Assembly (NCBI RefSeq): GCF_009914755.1
Contig: NC_060926.1
DNA from: the human T2T-CHM13v2.0 reference genome, Homo sapiens
Reading direction: 5' to 3' (one strand)
DNA: 64,000 bases
Each line of letters begins with the position of its first letter. Position 1 is the first letter of the stretch. The position numbers and the translations under genes were made by a program. This document shows positions 45,631-59,760 of this stretch, in pieces. The notes under the pieces were generated by a model. That model was given only the letters and a program-made list of their open reading frames with translations, was not told where the DNA came from and searched no databases.

Positions 45631-46730
45631 ATCAAATAAGCTAATTTTATTACCTTATTCAAGATAAATTCCACCATAATGTTTCCTTTATTAACAGTGA
45701 AAGCAGCTTAAGAGGGTAGCATGTTAGAAATACCTTCACGAATAGAAAGCTGAAAGATTCTCCTAGTCAGTAATTTGGATCCTGGCCTACATAAAAGGTA
45801 CTGAATCATTTTATCTCATCCTGCCTGTTTCCAGCTTGCTATCAAAATGATTTCTCAGTAACTTTAGTTCTCCTTTCAGTCATAATTTTACTGTGTTCCA
45901 ATAAGATGTAATATCAATTTAATTACATATCAAAAAATACAGAATGTTTTAATACAATGAGGCTTCTACCAGATATCCAGATAGCTAGAGTCCTCTCACA
46001 AAGTAGTGGAAAAACAGAGCATATAATTTTACCTCTAAATTATTATTATTATTTTTATTTTAAATCTGTACTATTTAACCATTGCTCTAATTTTCTCTAT
46101 TTCTTTTGTAAACATACAAAACCTGTTGTGTGCCTATCTCCTTTGCCTTTGATCTTCACCCAAATAGTTCTATAAAAAGACACTCATGTTGTGGATTTCT
46201 GTACAATATAGGTATGTGTGCATAGAATCTGTTCATAAAGAGATGAAACAGGAACATTGCCAAGAATGAATACTTTGGGAAAAAAAAAAAACCTAATGCA
46301 AATTTGTCTTATTTGATGCATTGCCATAACCAGGCTCTGAACATAAATAAACGTTACTTATGTTTTCAGTGAAACTCTGTGATTTCTCAATGTATAGAAA
46401 AATCACAACTACTTAATTGATAAAGTCATGGCAACTTTGTATTTTTTGCTGTTTTTAGTACTGTTAATCCTATAGGGAGATTCTGGTCCTTTTGGTTATA
46501 TAACTCAGCAAAGGTAGCAGATTTATGAACTTGGTTACCTATGGGGTTTTTTGTGTGTGTTATCTAGTCTCATGCAGAAAAAATATATCATTCTCAAAAT
46601 ATTCTCTACCACCTTTAATGTTTTCAACATTTCATCTAAATCATATGCCAGTTCCCTCCTCATTTTTAGTGATAATTCTGCAGTTAACCTTCTCACACAT
46701 AAAGTTTAATGCTTTGTGTTGGCAAACCAT

Positions 46731-46749
46731 TTGTCTCCAGGTGGCGCTA
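46731..46749 (+). promoter_or_regulatory. Candidate CTCF-binding motif
   Basis: ttgtctccaggtggcgcta compared with consensus TGGCCACCAGGGGGCGCTA; retains a CpG in apparently unique DNA. Confidence 0.5.
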
Positions 46750-49662
46750 TTCAAAGCAACCAAGAAAGCAAAACTATGTAAGTCACAACACTCACAGTCC
46801 TTCCTGTCAATGAGTGTAAAGAGGGAAAAAGTTGACAAGGGTTAAAACAATAGAATGTCACCAAAATAGAGAAGTGAGTGCCTGTATGCTCATAGACAAC
46901 ATGCAGATTCCCAACCAGATGTGAAAGAGCTATTGAAAAAAACAAACATCTATTAAGGCAAATAGCATTATATGAAAACTCTTTCAACAGTGAATCTCCT
47001 AACACTTCAGCATATTTTAAAAGATAAGAAAGATCATGTTTTAGGAATAAAATTAAAACTGCAGAAAACCAGTAAGTTCAATAATACACGTTCACATTAT
47101 TTCTAGCTTGCATAGCTATCTTGGAAAACAAACATGAATGTGTTTACATAGATATTCTTGATTTCAGGTGGGATAATTCAGCATTGAGTTACTGAGCAGT
47201 AACAATAGAGGAGATTATGATACACTAGAGCAAGAAGTACCTGGGCATATTGACATTACTCTATTTTAATCAATGTTTTATGCATTTGTGCATTTCATAT
47301 TGGATATAAAGGGACATATATACAGGATTGAAGCACTTTACATTCTGATTAACCTCACACTAAAAGTATTTTAATTGTTGAATGTATTTGACTTCATTAT
47401 GCTATTGAACATTGTATCTAGTTTATTCTCTGGGTTTGTATTGGTGACAGTGGGATTGTAACAAGAGGTAGACCATGAGAAAAAGAGATGATTGAGACTT
47501 GTGGCCCATTAATGGAGAGAGGAAGAGGCTGTGGTTACTGGAAATCTAAAGAAATTCAGGAGTTGGAAAACTAGAATGTAAGGAAGGGCAAGGGAAGCTC
47601 TGTAAATACAGAGACTAGAAATTAGACATATGTTATATAAATCAGGTTATCAGCAATTTTTTAAAGAAATAATGTGAAGGAGAATATCTGAATATCTAAT
47701 ATGAAAACTTACATGACAATTCAAGCCTATCATGGCCTACAAAGTTTTGAATCAATAATACTGGTGAGCAAATCATATTTTTCTTAATTATCAAATAGTT
47801 ATAGAATGTACATTGCCATGATTACAGAAAGGCATGAAATTGAGATACAAGAGAAGATGCCTTAATATGGGGCAGGGATTAGTCTGTAAAAATTACTGTG
47901 AAGAGGAAAATTCTGGGAAGATGGTGGAGGAGGAAGCACCAGAAATCTGTCTCCCCACCTAGATAAAAATTGCACTGGCAGAATCTGTCTGATTTAACTA
48001 TTTTAGAATTACAGAGTCTATTGAAGGTCTGCAACTTCCAGGGGAGGTTTAGAAGGGAAATTACAGATAATTTTTGTCAATTTCAGCTCTTAGCACAGCA
48101 GTAACTAGTCATCCCCTACTGCCGTGGTAAACAGCTATGCGACTGTATGTGGAGCAGCTTGCACTTAGCAGGAGCCAAAGCAGCAGAAAGGACCCTGTCC
48201 TCCAAATATTGAAGATCTGTGCTGTAATCACTAATACTTCTAAACTGAGAGGTGCAAAAAGGCAATGGTCATTGTTGCACCTCCCTTATTGCTGCAAGTC
48301 CTTTCCTCTCCAGCTGAAATGACTTCCAGTGGATTTAAAGAGCCACTGCCCTTTCTTTCACCCTCATCATTTTTTTCCACTTTCTTCATTTTTCTCTTTT
48401 TCTCCTTTTGGAACTCAAACCTTAAAGACTCAAAAAACACAACATATATGAGAAAAATTAAATGGTAATCATGCATCCCCAGGGCAAGGTGTAGGATCAG
48501 AAAAGATCCGAAAACAATTTGACTTTACATCTTAGGATGATTCCTGTTACTAACACAGTCTACAACAATAAAATTTTTAAAAAAATACAAAACAATAATA
48601 AAGAACAAAAAACTCCAGGGAAGGGTGGCAAATCTGATTTCCAGACTAATCACATTATTAAATTCAAATGTCCAGTTTAAAACAAAAAAAATCACAAGGC
48701 ATATAAAGAAAAAGAAAAATATGACCCATTTAATGGAAAAGTATAATAAATCAACAGAAACTATTCCTGAAAAAGACCTATGGTATTTCTATCAGACAAA
48801 GACTTTAAATCAACTATCCTATAGATGCTCAAAGAAAATAAAGGAAGATGTGGAGAACTGTAAAAAATATGTATGAACAAAATTGATGGAAGCATCAGTA
48901 ACAAACAGGAAACCTACAAAAAAGAATAAAGTAAATTCTGGAGCTGAGAAGTACAATAATAAAATAAAGCATTCACTAGAGCAATTCAAAGACAGATTTC
49001 AGCAGACCGAAGGAAAAATCATCAAACTTAAAGATAGGACAATAAAAATAAAAATTATTAAATCTGAGGAAAAGAAAGAAAACATTGAATGAAAACGAAC
49101 AGAGCCTAAGAGACCTGTGGAACAGCATTAAATAGACCAACACATACATTTTGGTTGTTCTTGAAGGACAAGGAGAGAAAGGGCACAGAGACCAATAGCT
49201 ACAAACTTCCTCATTTGATGAAAGACATAAATAAACATCCAAAAAGCTCAATGAACTTCAAGTAAGAAGAACTCAAAAACATCCACACCAAGACACATTA
49301 TCATCTAGCTATCCAAAGCCAAAAACAAAAACTTGAAAAGAGCAAGAGAGAAGCAACTCATCACATACAATGGACTCTCAATAAGATCACTAGCAGATTT
49401 CTCATTAGAAACTTTGGAAGCAATAAGACTGTGCACCAATATATTCAAAAGGCTAAAACAGAAGTTTAAAAACTATCAACCAAGAATCCTCTATCTGACA
49501 AAATTGTCCTTCAAATGTGAAGGAGAAATTAAGATGTTCCCAGATAAATAAAGGGCTAAGGAATTTCTTTACTACTAGAGCACCCCTGTAAGAAATGTTT
49601 AAGGAAATCCTGTAGGGTGAAATGAAAGAACAATAGTTAGTAACTGAAAGCTATGTTAAGAA

Positions 49663-51778
49663 ATTCCCTTTGAAAACCGGCACAAGGCAAGGATGCCCAC
49701 TCTCACCACTCCCATTCAACATAGTATTGGAAGTTCTGGCCAGAGCAATCAAGCAAGAGAAAGAAACAACAGGTACTCAAATAGGAAGGGAGGAAGTCAA
49801 ATTGTCTCTGTTTGTAGATGACATGATTGTATATTTAGAAAACCCCATCATCTCAGCTCCCAATCTCCTTAAGCTGATAAGCAACATCAGCAAAGTCTCA
49901 GATACAAAATCAATGTGCAAAAATCACAAGCATTCCTACAACAACAAGAGACAAGCAGAGATCCAAATCGTGAGTGAACTCTCATTCACAATTGCTACAA
50001 AGAGAATAAAATACCTAGGAATCCAACTTACAAGGGATGTGAGGGACCTCTTCAAGAAGACCTACAAATCAATGCTCAAGGAAATAAGAGAGGACACAAA
50101 CAAGTGGAAAAAAAATTCCCTGCTCATGGATAGGAATAATCAATATCGTGAAAATGACCATATTGCCCAAAGTAATTTATAGATTCATGCTATTCCCATC
50201 AAGCTACAAATGACTTCCTTTGCAAAGTTAGAAAAAACTACTTTACATTTCATATGGAACTAAAAAAGATCCCCTATAGCCAAGACAATCCTAAGCAAAA
50301 AGAACAGAGCTGGAGGCATCATGCTGCCTGACTTCAAACTATACTACAAGGCAACAGTAACCAAAACAGCATGGTACTGATACCAAAACAAATATATAGA
50401 CCAATGGAACAGAATAGAGACCTGAGAAATATCCCCACACATCTACAACCATCTGATCTTCAACAAACCTGACAAAAACAAGGAATGGGGAAAGAATTCC
50501 CTGTTTAATAAGTGGTATAGAGAAAACTGGCTAGCCATATGCAGAAAACAGAAACTGGGCCCCTTCCTTATACCTTATACAAAAATTAATTCAAGATCAA
50601 TTAAAGACTTAAATGTAAAACCCAAAACCATAAAATCCCTAGAAGAACACCTAGGCAGTACTATTCAGGACATAGGCATGGGCAAAGATTTCATGACTCA
50701 AACACCAAAAGCAATTGCAACAAAAGCCAAAATTGACAAATGGGATCTAAGTAAACTAAAGAGCTTCAGTACAGCAAAAGAAACTATTATCAGACTGAAC
50801 AGGCAACCTACATAATGGGAGAAAATTGTTGCAGTCTACTCATCTGTCAGAGGACTAATATCCAGTATGTACAAGGAACTTAAACAAATTTACAAGAAAA
50901 AAAAAACATCAAAAAGTGAGTGAAGGATATGAAGAGACACTTCTCAAAAGAAGACATTTATGCGGCCAAGAAACATATGAAAAAAAGCTCTTCATCACTG
51001 GTCATTAGACAAATGCAAATCAAAACCACAATGAGATACATCTCACGCCAGTTAGAATGACGGTTATTAAAAAGTCAGGAAACAACAGATGCTGGCGAGG
51101 CTGCAGAGAAATAGGAATGCTTTACACTGTTTAATGGGATTGCAAATTAGTTCAACCATTGTGGGAGATAGTGTGGTGATTCCTGTAGGATCGAGAACCA
51201 GAAATACCATTTGACCCAGAAATCCCATTACTGGGTATATACCCAAAGGATTATAAATCATTCTATAAAGACACATGCACACATATGTTTATTGCAGCAC
51301 TATTTACAATAGCAAAGACTTGGAACCAACCCAAATGTTCATCAATGATAGACTGGATAAAAAAGTGTGGCACATATACACCATAGAATACCATGCAGCC
51401 ATCAAAAAGAATGAGATCATGTCCTTTGCAGGGACATGGATGAAGCTAGAAGCCATCATTCTCAGCAAACTAACAGAGGAACAGAAAACCAAACACCACA
51501 TGTACTCACTCATAGGTGAGAGTTCTGTCATTCACAATTGCTCATTGAAGAATGAGAACACGTGGACACAGGGAGGGGAACATCATACACAGGGGCATGT
51601 CAGGGGTGGGGGCCACGGGGAGGGAGAGCATTAGGACAAATACCTAATGCATGTGGGGCCTAAAACCCAGATGATGGGTTGATAGTTGCAGCAAACCACC
51701 ATGGCACATGTATACCTATATAATCTGTGCCTTCTGCACATGTATCCCAAAACTTAAAGTAAAATTTAAAAAAAAATT
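49663..51778 (+). mobile_element. 5'-truncated L1PA7-like element with disrupted RT and C-terminal ORF2
   Basis: ORF 49670-50182 contains [13 protein letters not shown]...[15 protein letters not shown] (RT core), then frameshifts and stops, 3'UTR and A-tail. Confidence 0.92.
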
Positions 51779-51907
51779 AACATCTCAGGACAGGTAAATA
51801 CACGGGTAATTGTAATAGCTAGTATTATTTTAACAACAGTTTATAACTTCACATTTTGTCCTTCACATGATTTAAGAGAATGATACATTCTGAAAACCAG
51901 TGTTATT

Positions 51908-52392
51908 TTTTTTTATTATACTTTAAGTTTTAGGGTACATGTGCACAATGTGCAGGTTAGTTACATATGTATGCATGTGCCATGTTGGTGTGCTGCACCC
52001 ATTAACTCGTCATTTAACATTAGGTATATCACCTAATGCTATCCCTCCCCCTTCCCCCCACCCCACAACAGGCCCCGGTGTGTGATGTTCCCCTTCCTGT
52101 GTCCATGTGTTCTCATTGTTCAGTTCCCACCTATGAGTGAGAACATATGGTGTTTGGTTTTTTGTCCTTGCGATAGTTTGCTGAGAATGATGGTTTCCAG
52201 CTTCATCCATGTCCCTACAAAGGACATGAACTCATCATTTTTTTATGGCTGCATAGTATTCCATGGTGTATATATGCCACATTTTCTTAATTCAGTCTAT
52301 CATTGTTGGACGTTTGGCTTGGTTCCAAGTCTTTGCTATTGTGAATAGTGCCGCAATAAACATCTGTGTGCATGTGTCTTTATAGCAGCATG
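51908..52392 (-). mobile_element. 5'-truncated L1PA4-like element with perfect 16-bp TSD
   Basis: TSD gaaaaccagtgttatt at 51892-51907 and 52393-52408; catttaacattaggtatatc diagnostic. Confidence 0.95.
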
Positions 52393-55071
52393 GAAAACCA
52401 GTGTTATTATAATTTGGATTTATAACTCTAAATTTTGTTTCCTATAAAATTTAAGAAACTAATGCAATTAAAAGAATTATTAGTTTATGTTTGGGGACAT
52501 AATCTATAAGGCTATAATTTTGTGACACCAACTGAAATGCGTAGGATGGAGGTGGAAAGGAGCAGAGTTTTTTAATGCTATTGAAGTTTAACTGGTATCA
52601 ATTCCAATTAGATTATTATAACTTTAGAATGTTACATGTAATCCCCATGGTAACCACAAATCCATAAGAATACATACAAAAAGGATGAGAAAGGAATTTA
52701 AACATTTCACTACAAACAAAAATTAAATACAAAAGGGTGACAGTAATACAGGAAATGAGGAACAAAAAACAAAAACTGTAAGACATATAAAAAATAAATA
52801 TCAAAATGACAGAAGTCCTTCCTTATCAGCAATAACTTTAAATATAATAGATTGAAATCTCCAAACAAAAGATGGAGATTGAGTCAATGGATAAGAACAT
52901 ACGATCCTCATACATGCTATTCAGAAAAACCTCACTTTAGGTCCAAGGACACAAAAACATCCTTTTAAGTTGCAATTGAAAAAGATATTTCATGCAAATA
53001 ATTACCAAAATAGAGCAGGGATGCTTATACTAATATCAGAAAAAATAAAATCAAAATACAAAAGTTGACAATTGACAAAAAGAGCACTACATATTAAAAG
53101 TTTCAAAAAAGCAAGGAAGTATAACCATCATAAACGTTTATACACTTAATGATAGACCACAAAAATATATAAGGCAAAAACTAATAGACTTAAAAGGAGA
53201 AATATACAGCATTACAAATACAAAGTACTAACAATATACAATAACACAATAATCATTGAACTTTTCAATGCTTTCAGTAATGGATTAGGATAACCAAGAC
53301 AGAAAATAGGTAAGAAAGTAAATGATTTAAACAATGCAATAAACTAATTAGATCAAACAGACATTCTCAGACCAATCTACACAATAACAACCATATACAT
53401 ATTGATTTCAAGTATACATGGAACATTTTCCAGGTAAGCCATATGTTAGGCCACAAATTAAGTCTCAATATATTTTAAAAAGCGAATATCATTCAAAGTA
53501 TCTTCCCTCATCATAACAGAATCGAGTTTGAAATCACTGACAGAAGTGAAACTGGAAAATTCACAAATCTCTGAAAATAAAACAATGCACTCTTAACTAA
53601 ACAATGAATCAAAGCAGATAACGAAGGGAAATAAGAAAATACTTAAACAAGAATGAAAACAGAAACCCAATATATTAAAACATATGCAGTAAATAAAAGA
53701 CTGCTAAGGGAGAAATTTACAGCTATAAATGCTTACATTAAAAAAGAGAAAGATTTTAAATCAACAGCTTCATCTTTACAATTTAAGGAACTAGAAAGAA
53801 AGAACAAACTAAACACAAAGCCTAGCAGAAACAATGAAAAAATAAAAATTAGAGCAGAACTTAATGAAATAGAGGATAGAAAAAATAGAAAAAAGCAAGA
53901 GAAAACAAAAGTTGGTTGCATGAAAAAAATGAGTAAAACTGGCAAACCTTTAGCTAGATAGACTACAAAAAAAGACTCACATTTGTGTAAGATCAGAAAA
54001 AAAAGGTTGTGGCATTGTTATTGATTCTACAGATCAATTATTATGACATTAATATGAATAACTGTATGTCAACAAATTAGATAACCTAGATGAACAAATT
54101 TCTAGATACACAAAACCTACCAAGAATAAATTATGAAGAAATCAAAAATTTTAATAGATTTATAAGTAGAAAGGAGACTGAGTCAGTTTAAAAATCTCCC
54201 AATAACATAAAAGGCTGAACCTGATGACTGCACTGGTAAATTTCATTGAACATTTAAATAACTTATATCCATTCTTCCCAAACTTTGCCCAAAAACTTGA
54301 AGAGAATTTAATACTTTCTAACTCATTCTATTAGGACAGTATTACCACGGTACCAAAGCCAAAGAAACCACAGGAAAATAAAAGTGCAGACCAATTCCTT
54401 ATGAACATGGAAGCCAAAATACTCAACAAAACAATAGCAAACCAAATTCTGCAGTGTGTTAAAAGGACTATACGCCATGAGCAAGTGAGATTTATTTCAA
54501 GAATACTGGGATGTTATAATATACGAAAATACAAAAATTAATCTAATACACCACATTAAGAGAATGAAGGAAAAAAAAGATCATCTCAATCGATACAGAA
54601 AAAAACTTTTAACAAAATGTAATAGCCTATCATGATAAAAAAATCAACAAAGAATATAATGAACTATTACAGCAAACATCACCCTCAATGGTGAAAATCA
54701 GAAAGTTTTTCCTCTAATATGAGGAATAAGACAATGATGCCTATACTTACCATTTCTGTTTAACATTGTAATAAAAATTCTACCCAGAGACCTTAGGAAA
54801 GAGTAAAAATAGAAGGCATCCAAAATGGGAAGGAAGAAGTGAAATGATATCTGCTCACAGATGAAATGATTTTATATGTAGAAAACTTTAAATATTTCAC
54901 ACAAAAAAATAAGTAATCAATGGATTCAACAAAGTAGTTGGATGCAAAATCAACATGCAAAAATCAGTTGCATTTCTATATATTAACAATGAACAATCTG
55001 TGTAGTGATTATAAAGACAATTTCATTTACAACTGCATGAAAATGAATGAAAGACTCCGGAATTAACTGAA

Positions 55072-55347
<276 letters not shown>

Positions 55348-56734
55348 GAAAAAAAAATGTAAATAAGCAAATGAAAACAAATCCCATGATCATGAATTAG
55401 AATTAATGTTGTTAACATGTCAGTGCCACCCAAAATGATCTACAGATTTAGTGCAATTCCTATCAAAATTCTACTGTTTTTTTTTCTTTTTTTTTTTTTT
55501 TGCAGAAATAGAGAGCCTTTTCCTACAAGTCTTATGGAAATTCAAGGGACCCCAAATAACTGAAGCAATCTTAAAAACAAAGAACAAAGCTGGAGGATCA
55601 AAAGATTGTGGTACTGGAATAAATATAGCCATTTAGACAAACAAAAGCCTTGAAATAAACCCTCACATATATAGTCAAATGATTTTTTTAGAAGAGTGTC
55701 AAAATCACTCAAAGGGGGAAGTACAATCTTTTCAACAAATGATGCTGGAATCTCTGCATGAAAAAAAATGAAGTTGGACCCTTACATAATACAATACACA
55801 AAAAATTAATGGATCGAAGACTAAGTGTAAGACCTAAAGCTGTAAAACTTTTAGGAGAAAACATGGGGTAAAAGCTTCATGACACTGAATTTGTGATGAT
55901 TTCTTGGATACAACACCAAAGGCATAGGCAACAGCAGCAACAACAACAACAGCAACAACAAAAATAGAAAAATCGGACTCATGAATATTTTTAAAATATG
56001 TACTTCAAAAGAGAATATTAACAGAGTAAAGGGCAACCCACAGAATAAAAGAAAATATTTGTAGATTTTGTCTGATAAGGAATTAATATTCAGACTATGT
56101 TGAGAACTTTCAAAAGTCAACAATTAAAAAAAAAAACTTGATTCAAAAATGGACAAAAGACTTCAATAGACATTTCTTCAAAGAAGATAGACAAATGGCC
56201 AAAAAGCACATAAAAAGATTCTCAATATCACTAATTATTAGGGAAATGCAAATCAAAACTACAATGAAATACCACCTTACACCAATAGATGACTACAAAT
56301 AAAAAAAAACAGAAAATGGTAAGTGTTGACAAGAATGTGAAGAAATTGGAACCCTTAAACACCGTGGGAAAGTAAAATGGTACAATTGCTGTGGAAAATA
56401 GTATGGTGGTTCCTTAAAAAAAAAAAAATAGAATTACCATATCATCCAGCAATTTAACTTCTGAGTATATCCCCAAAAGTATTGAAAGCAGGGTCTTGAA
56501 GTCTTGAAGAGATGTTTTCATATATATGTTCATAGCGGTATTATTCACGATAGCTAAAATGTAGAAGCAACAGAAGTGTCCATCAATGGATGAATGGATA
56601 AGCAGAATGTGGTCTGTCCATAGAATGGAATATTATTCAGCCTTAAAAAAGAGGGAAATTCTGATATATGCTAAAACATGGATGAACCTTGAACATTATG
56701 TTAAATGAAATAAGCCAGTTACCAAAACACAATG

Positions 56735-57159
56735 CAGTTGACCCTTGAACAACAAAGTGGTTAAAGGCGCTGACTCCCCACCCCCACCATGCAGTCGAAA
56801 ATTTATATATAACTTTGACTCTCGAAAAACTTGACAACTAATAGTCTACTTCTGATGGCAAGCCTTACCAATAACATAAGCAGTTGATTAATACATATTT
56901 TTATGTTATATGTTATATATTGTATTTTTATAGTAAACTAGATAAAACATTAAGAAAATCATAAAAAATATATTTACCATCCATTAAGTGAAAGTACATG
57001 ATTGTCAAGAACTTCATCCTCATTATCTTCACGCTGAGTAGGCTGTGATAAGGAAAATTAGGAGGGGTTGGTCCTGCTGTTTCAGAGGTGGCAGAGGTAA
57101 AAGAAACTCTAAGTGGACTCTCACAGCTCCAACCCAGGTTGTTCAAAAAGGATCAACTG
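56735..57159 (+). mobile_element. Tigger2a/MER28-type DNA transposon
   Basis: Terminal inverted repeats cagttgacccttgaacaac and gttgttcaaaaaggatcaactg+TA. Confidence 0.85.
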
Positions 57160-57401
57160 TACTGTATGATTATCCTTATATGAAATATCTAAAGTAGCCA
57201 AACTTACAGAAACAGAGAGTAGAATGGTGGTTGCTGGGGCAGAGGGAAGCAGGAAATGAGAGATTGCTGTTCAACGAGTATCAGGTTTCAGTTATATGAG
57301 ATGAGTAAGTTCCAGAGATTTGCTGGACAATGTTTTGCCTTATTAATTAAAGGCACTTAAATAATTTTGTGCTTAAGTACACAAGTGTATTTCATGCATA
57401 G

Positions 57402-57715
<314 letters not shown>

Positions 57716-59479
57716 TCCTTATTTATTTTTAAGTACAAAGTATTGTATTTTGTACTTAAAAAATTATTAAGAGTATATATCTCATTTTCAGTGTTCTTAT
57801 CACAATTTTTAAAAATACATTATATAGACTGTATGTTTGCCTAACTGAACTAACATTCTCTTTAAAAGGGGTACTATGCAAGAAAGAGAGTCTATAATGC
57901 AAATCTGATACTAGCACTTCAAGGTCCTAAATGGTTGTTATTTGCTAGATTGCCTCCTCTGAGTACCTATGCTGCCTGTATATGTGTGATCTGCTCCAAA
58001 TCTCTTCTGATTTCACCTTAAGAATTAGAAAAAAAAAGAATGAATGTTTCTTTTATATTATTAATTCATTTGCTTAATATGTCAAATAAAATAGTTATAA
58101 TAAAAATAGGAATCTGATTGATTTTGTGTCAATCAACATAAAAAAGGGAGCTGATAGTAATTTAACATCGTGCTGGATTTGGCCAAGGTATAGAATTGCA
58201 AAGACTAAAATTTATCTACTTTACAACTTTGAATGGTATGCATAGAGCCTAATATAAGTTTTAATAGTGATGAATTATGCAAACCACTTTTCATTCTTTA
58301 TATATTTTATTACTTTTTTGTCCATCTCTTATAAAATTAATAATAATCATCATCAATATTTTGATAATACATACTTAAAACTTGAATGCATACTGATAGA
58401 TTCATCAATAGTGATACTATAGTACAGTGTATGTGTGTATGTTTGTGAGTATATAAAATAAGAAAATCATTTTCTAATAATGCAGAAAATATACTTCTGC
58501 AATGTATAGAGATTTTACTGGACACTATATTCCATTAAGTAATATATTCAATTAAGAAATTCAGCAATTTAAAATGAGCTAAAAATATTCAGTTCAGAGG
58601 AAGCAAATTATCTTAATGTAATGCCTTTAAACCATTAAAATAGATTACATTGTATAAACCAGGTTAAAATTTAAATCCAGCATAAAACAACAAAAAATGA
58701 AGTCCTAAAAGGGGATATAGTAAAATCAATATTCTCTTTTAAAATGAAAGTGTTCTCTTGGAACAGACCAGTAAACCATTAAGGTACCAGGACAAAATTT
58801 TTCAAGTAAAACTCCTATAAATTTCAAGAGTTTAATTACTGATGAATTATTAGAATGTGGTACTCTTAATTTTGGTATCTTCCCAGCCAATTATTTTAGG
58901 CCCATAAAGAAAAATATCTCTATATCAATGACTATTCAAATTATATAAATGTAAATCAGGTCACCAGGACAAAATAAATATGTAGCTAAGCTATTACAAT
59001 CTGGAAACAATTGCAGAAGGCCAGATAGTCCATTGTCATCCCGTGGACTTGGCTCTTATTCACTATTCAGTTTAGTAGGACCCAATTGCATTTAACCTGA
59101 TGTCAGTAAAAGCAGTTATTTAAATTAAAAGAAAAACAGGTGAATAGCTCAATTTGATATTTTTTTTTAAATTACAGTTTAAAATTTCTAAATTTCAAAA
59201 CTGAGGTTCAAGGAATATCAGACTTATGAACGTTCAAAGTCACATAAAATAATTATCTTCTGGGTACATTCTCTCATCCTCTATGGATAAGGATGTACTT
59301 TAAATATTTATTTCTATAGTAGTAATCATTTCTCTCTGTGTCCATTTCTAACTGCACTTGTAAATAGCTTTTATAACCAATAAAATTATGAGTTTAACTA
59401 TAAGTCTTTGATCATTATTTCTTCATTTATTAAAAATAAATGCAGTATTGAAAATTTAGATGGATGGCCATTATGGCTT

Positions 59480-59760
59480 AGAATTCTGTAGTGGCTATGG
59501 GTATGAGCTTTGTGTTCGAGTCCTGTCTTTGCAAATTAGTAGCTATATGATTCTGAACTAGTCAGCTCCCCCACACTTCACTGTTCTCCCCTGGAAATGG
59601 GGATGATGGTGATGATTATGATGCTAACAATCATAATAGCTATGTTAGTAAGTTTGTTATGAAGTTATGAAATTACACTTGCAAGCTGCTTATCACAGTA
59701 ACAAAAGGAACAGAATACACTTAACCCCTCCACTAGCTCATGGCAAGTATTAATAAATTA
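59480..59760 (+). mobile_element. MIR
   Basis: gtgttcgagtcctgtctttgc...ctggaaatggggatgat. Confidence 0.6.

Noticed and set aside
49670-50182. 170-aa reverse-transcriptase-like ORF
   Set aside because: It is a fragment of L1 ORF2 in a 5'-truncated, frameshifted copy, not a host gene or a novel RT system.
51820-52490. Repeated tattat...tttataact...tttaaga unit on either side of the L1PA4
   Set aside because: It is likely the inter-ORF tandem repeat native to old L1M elements.
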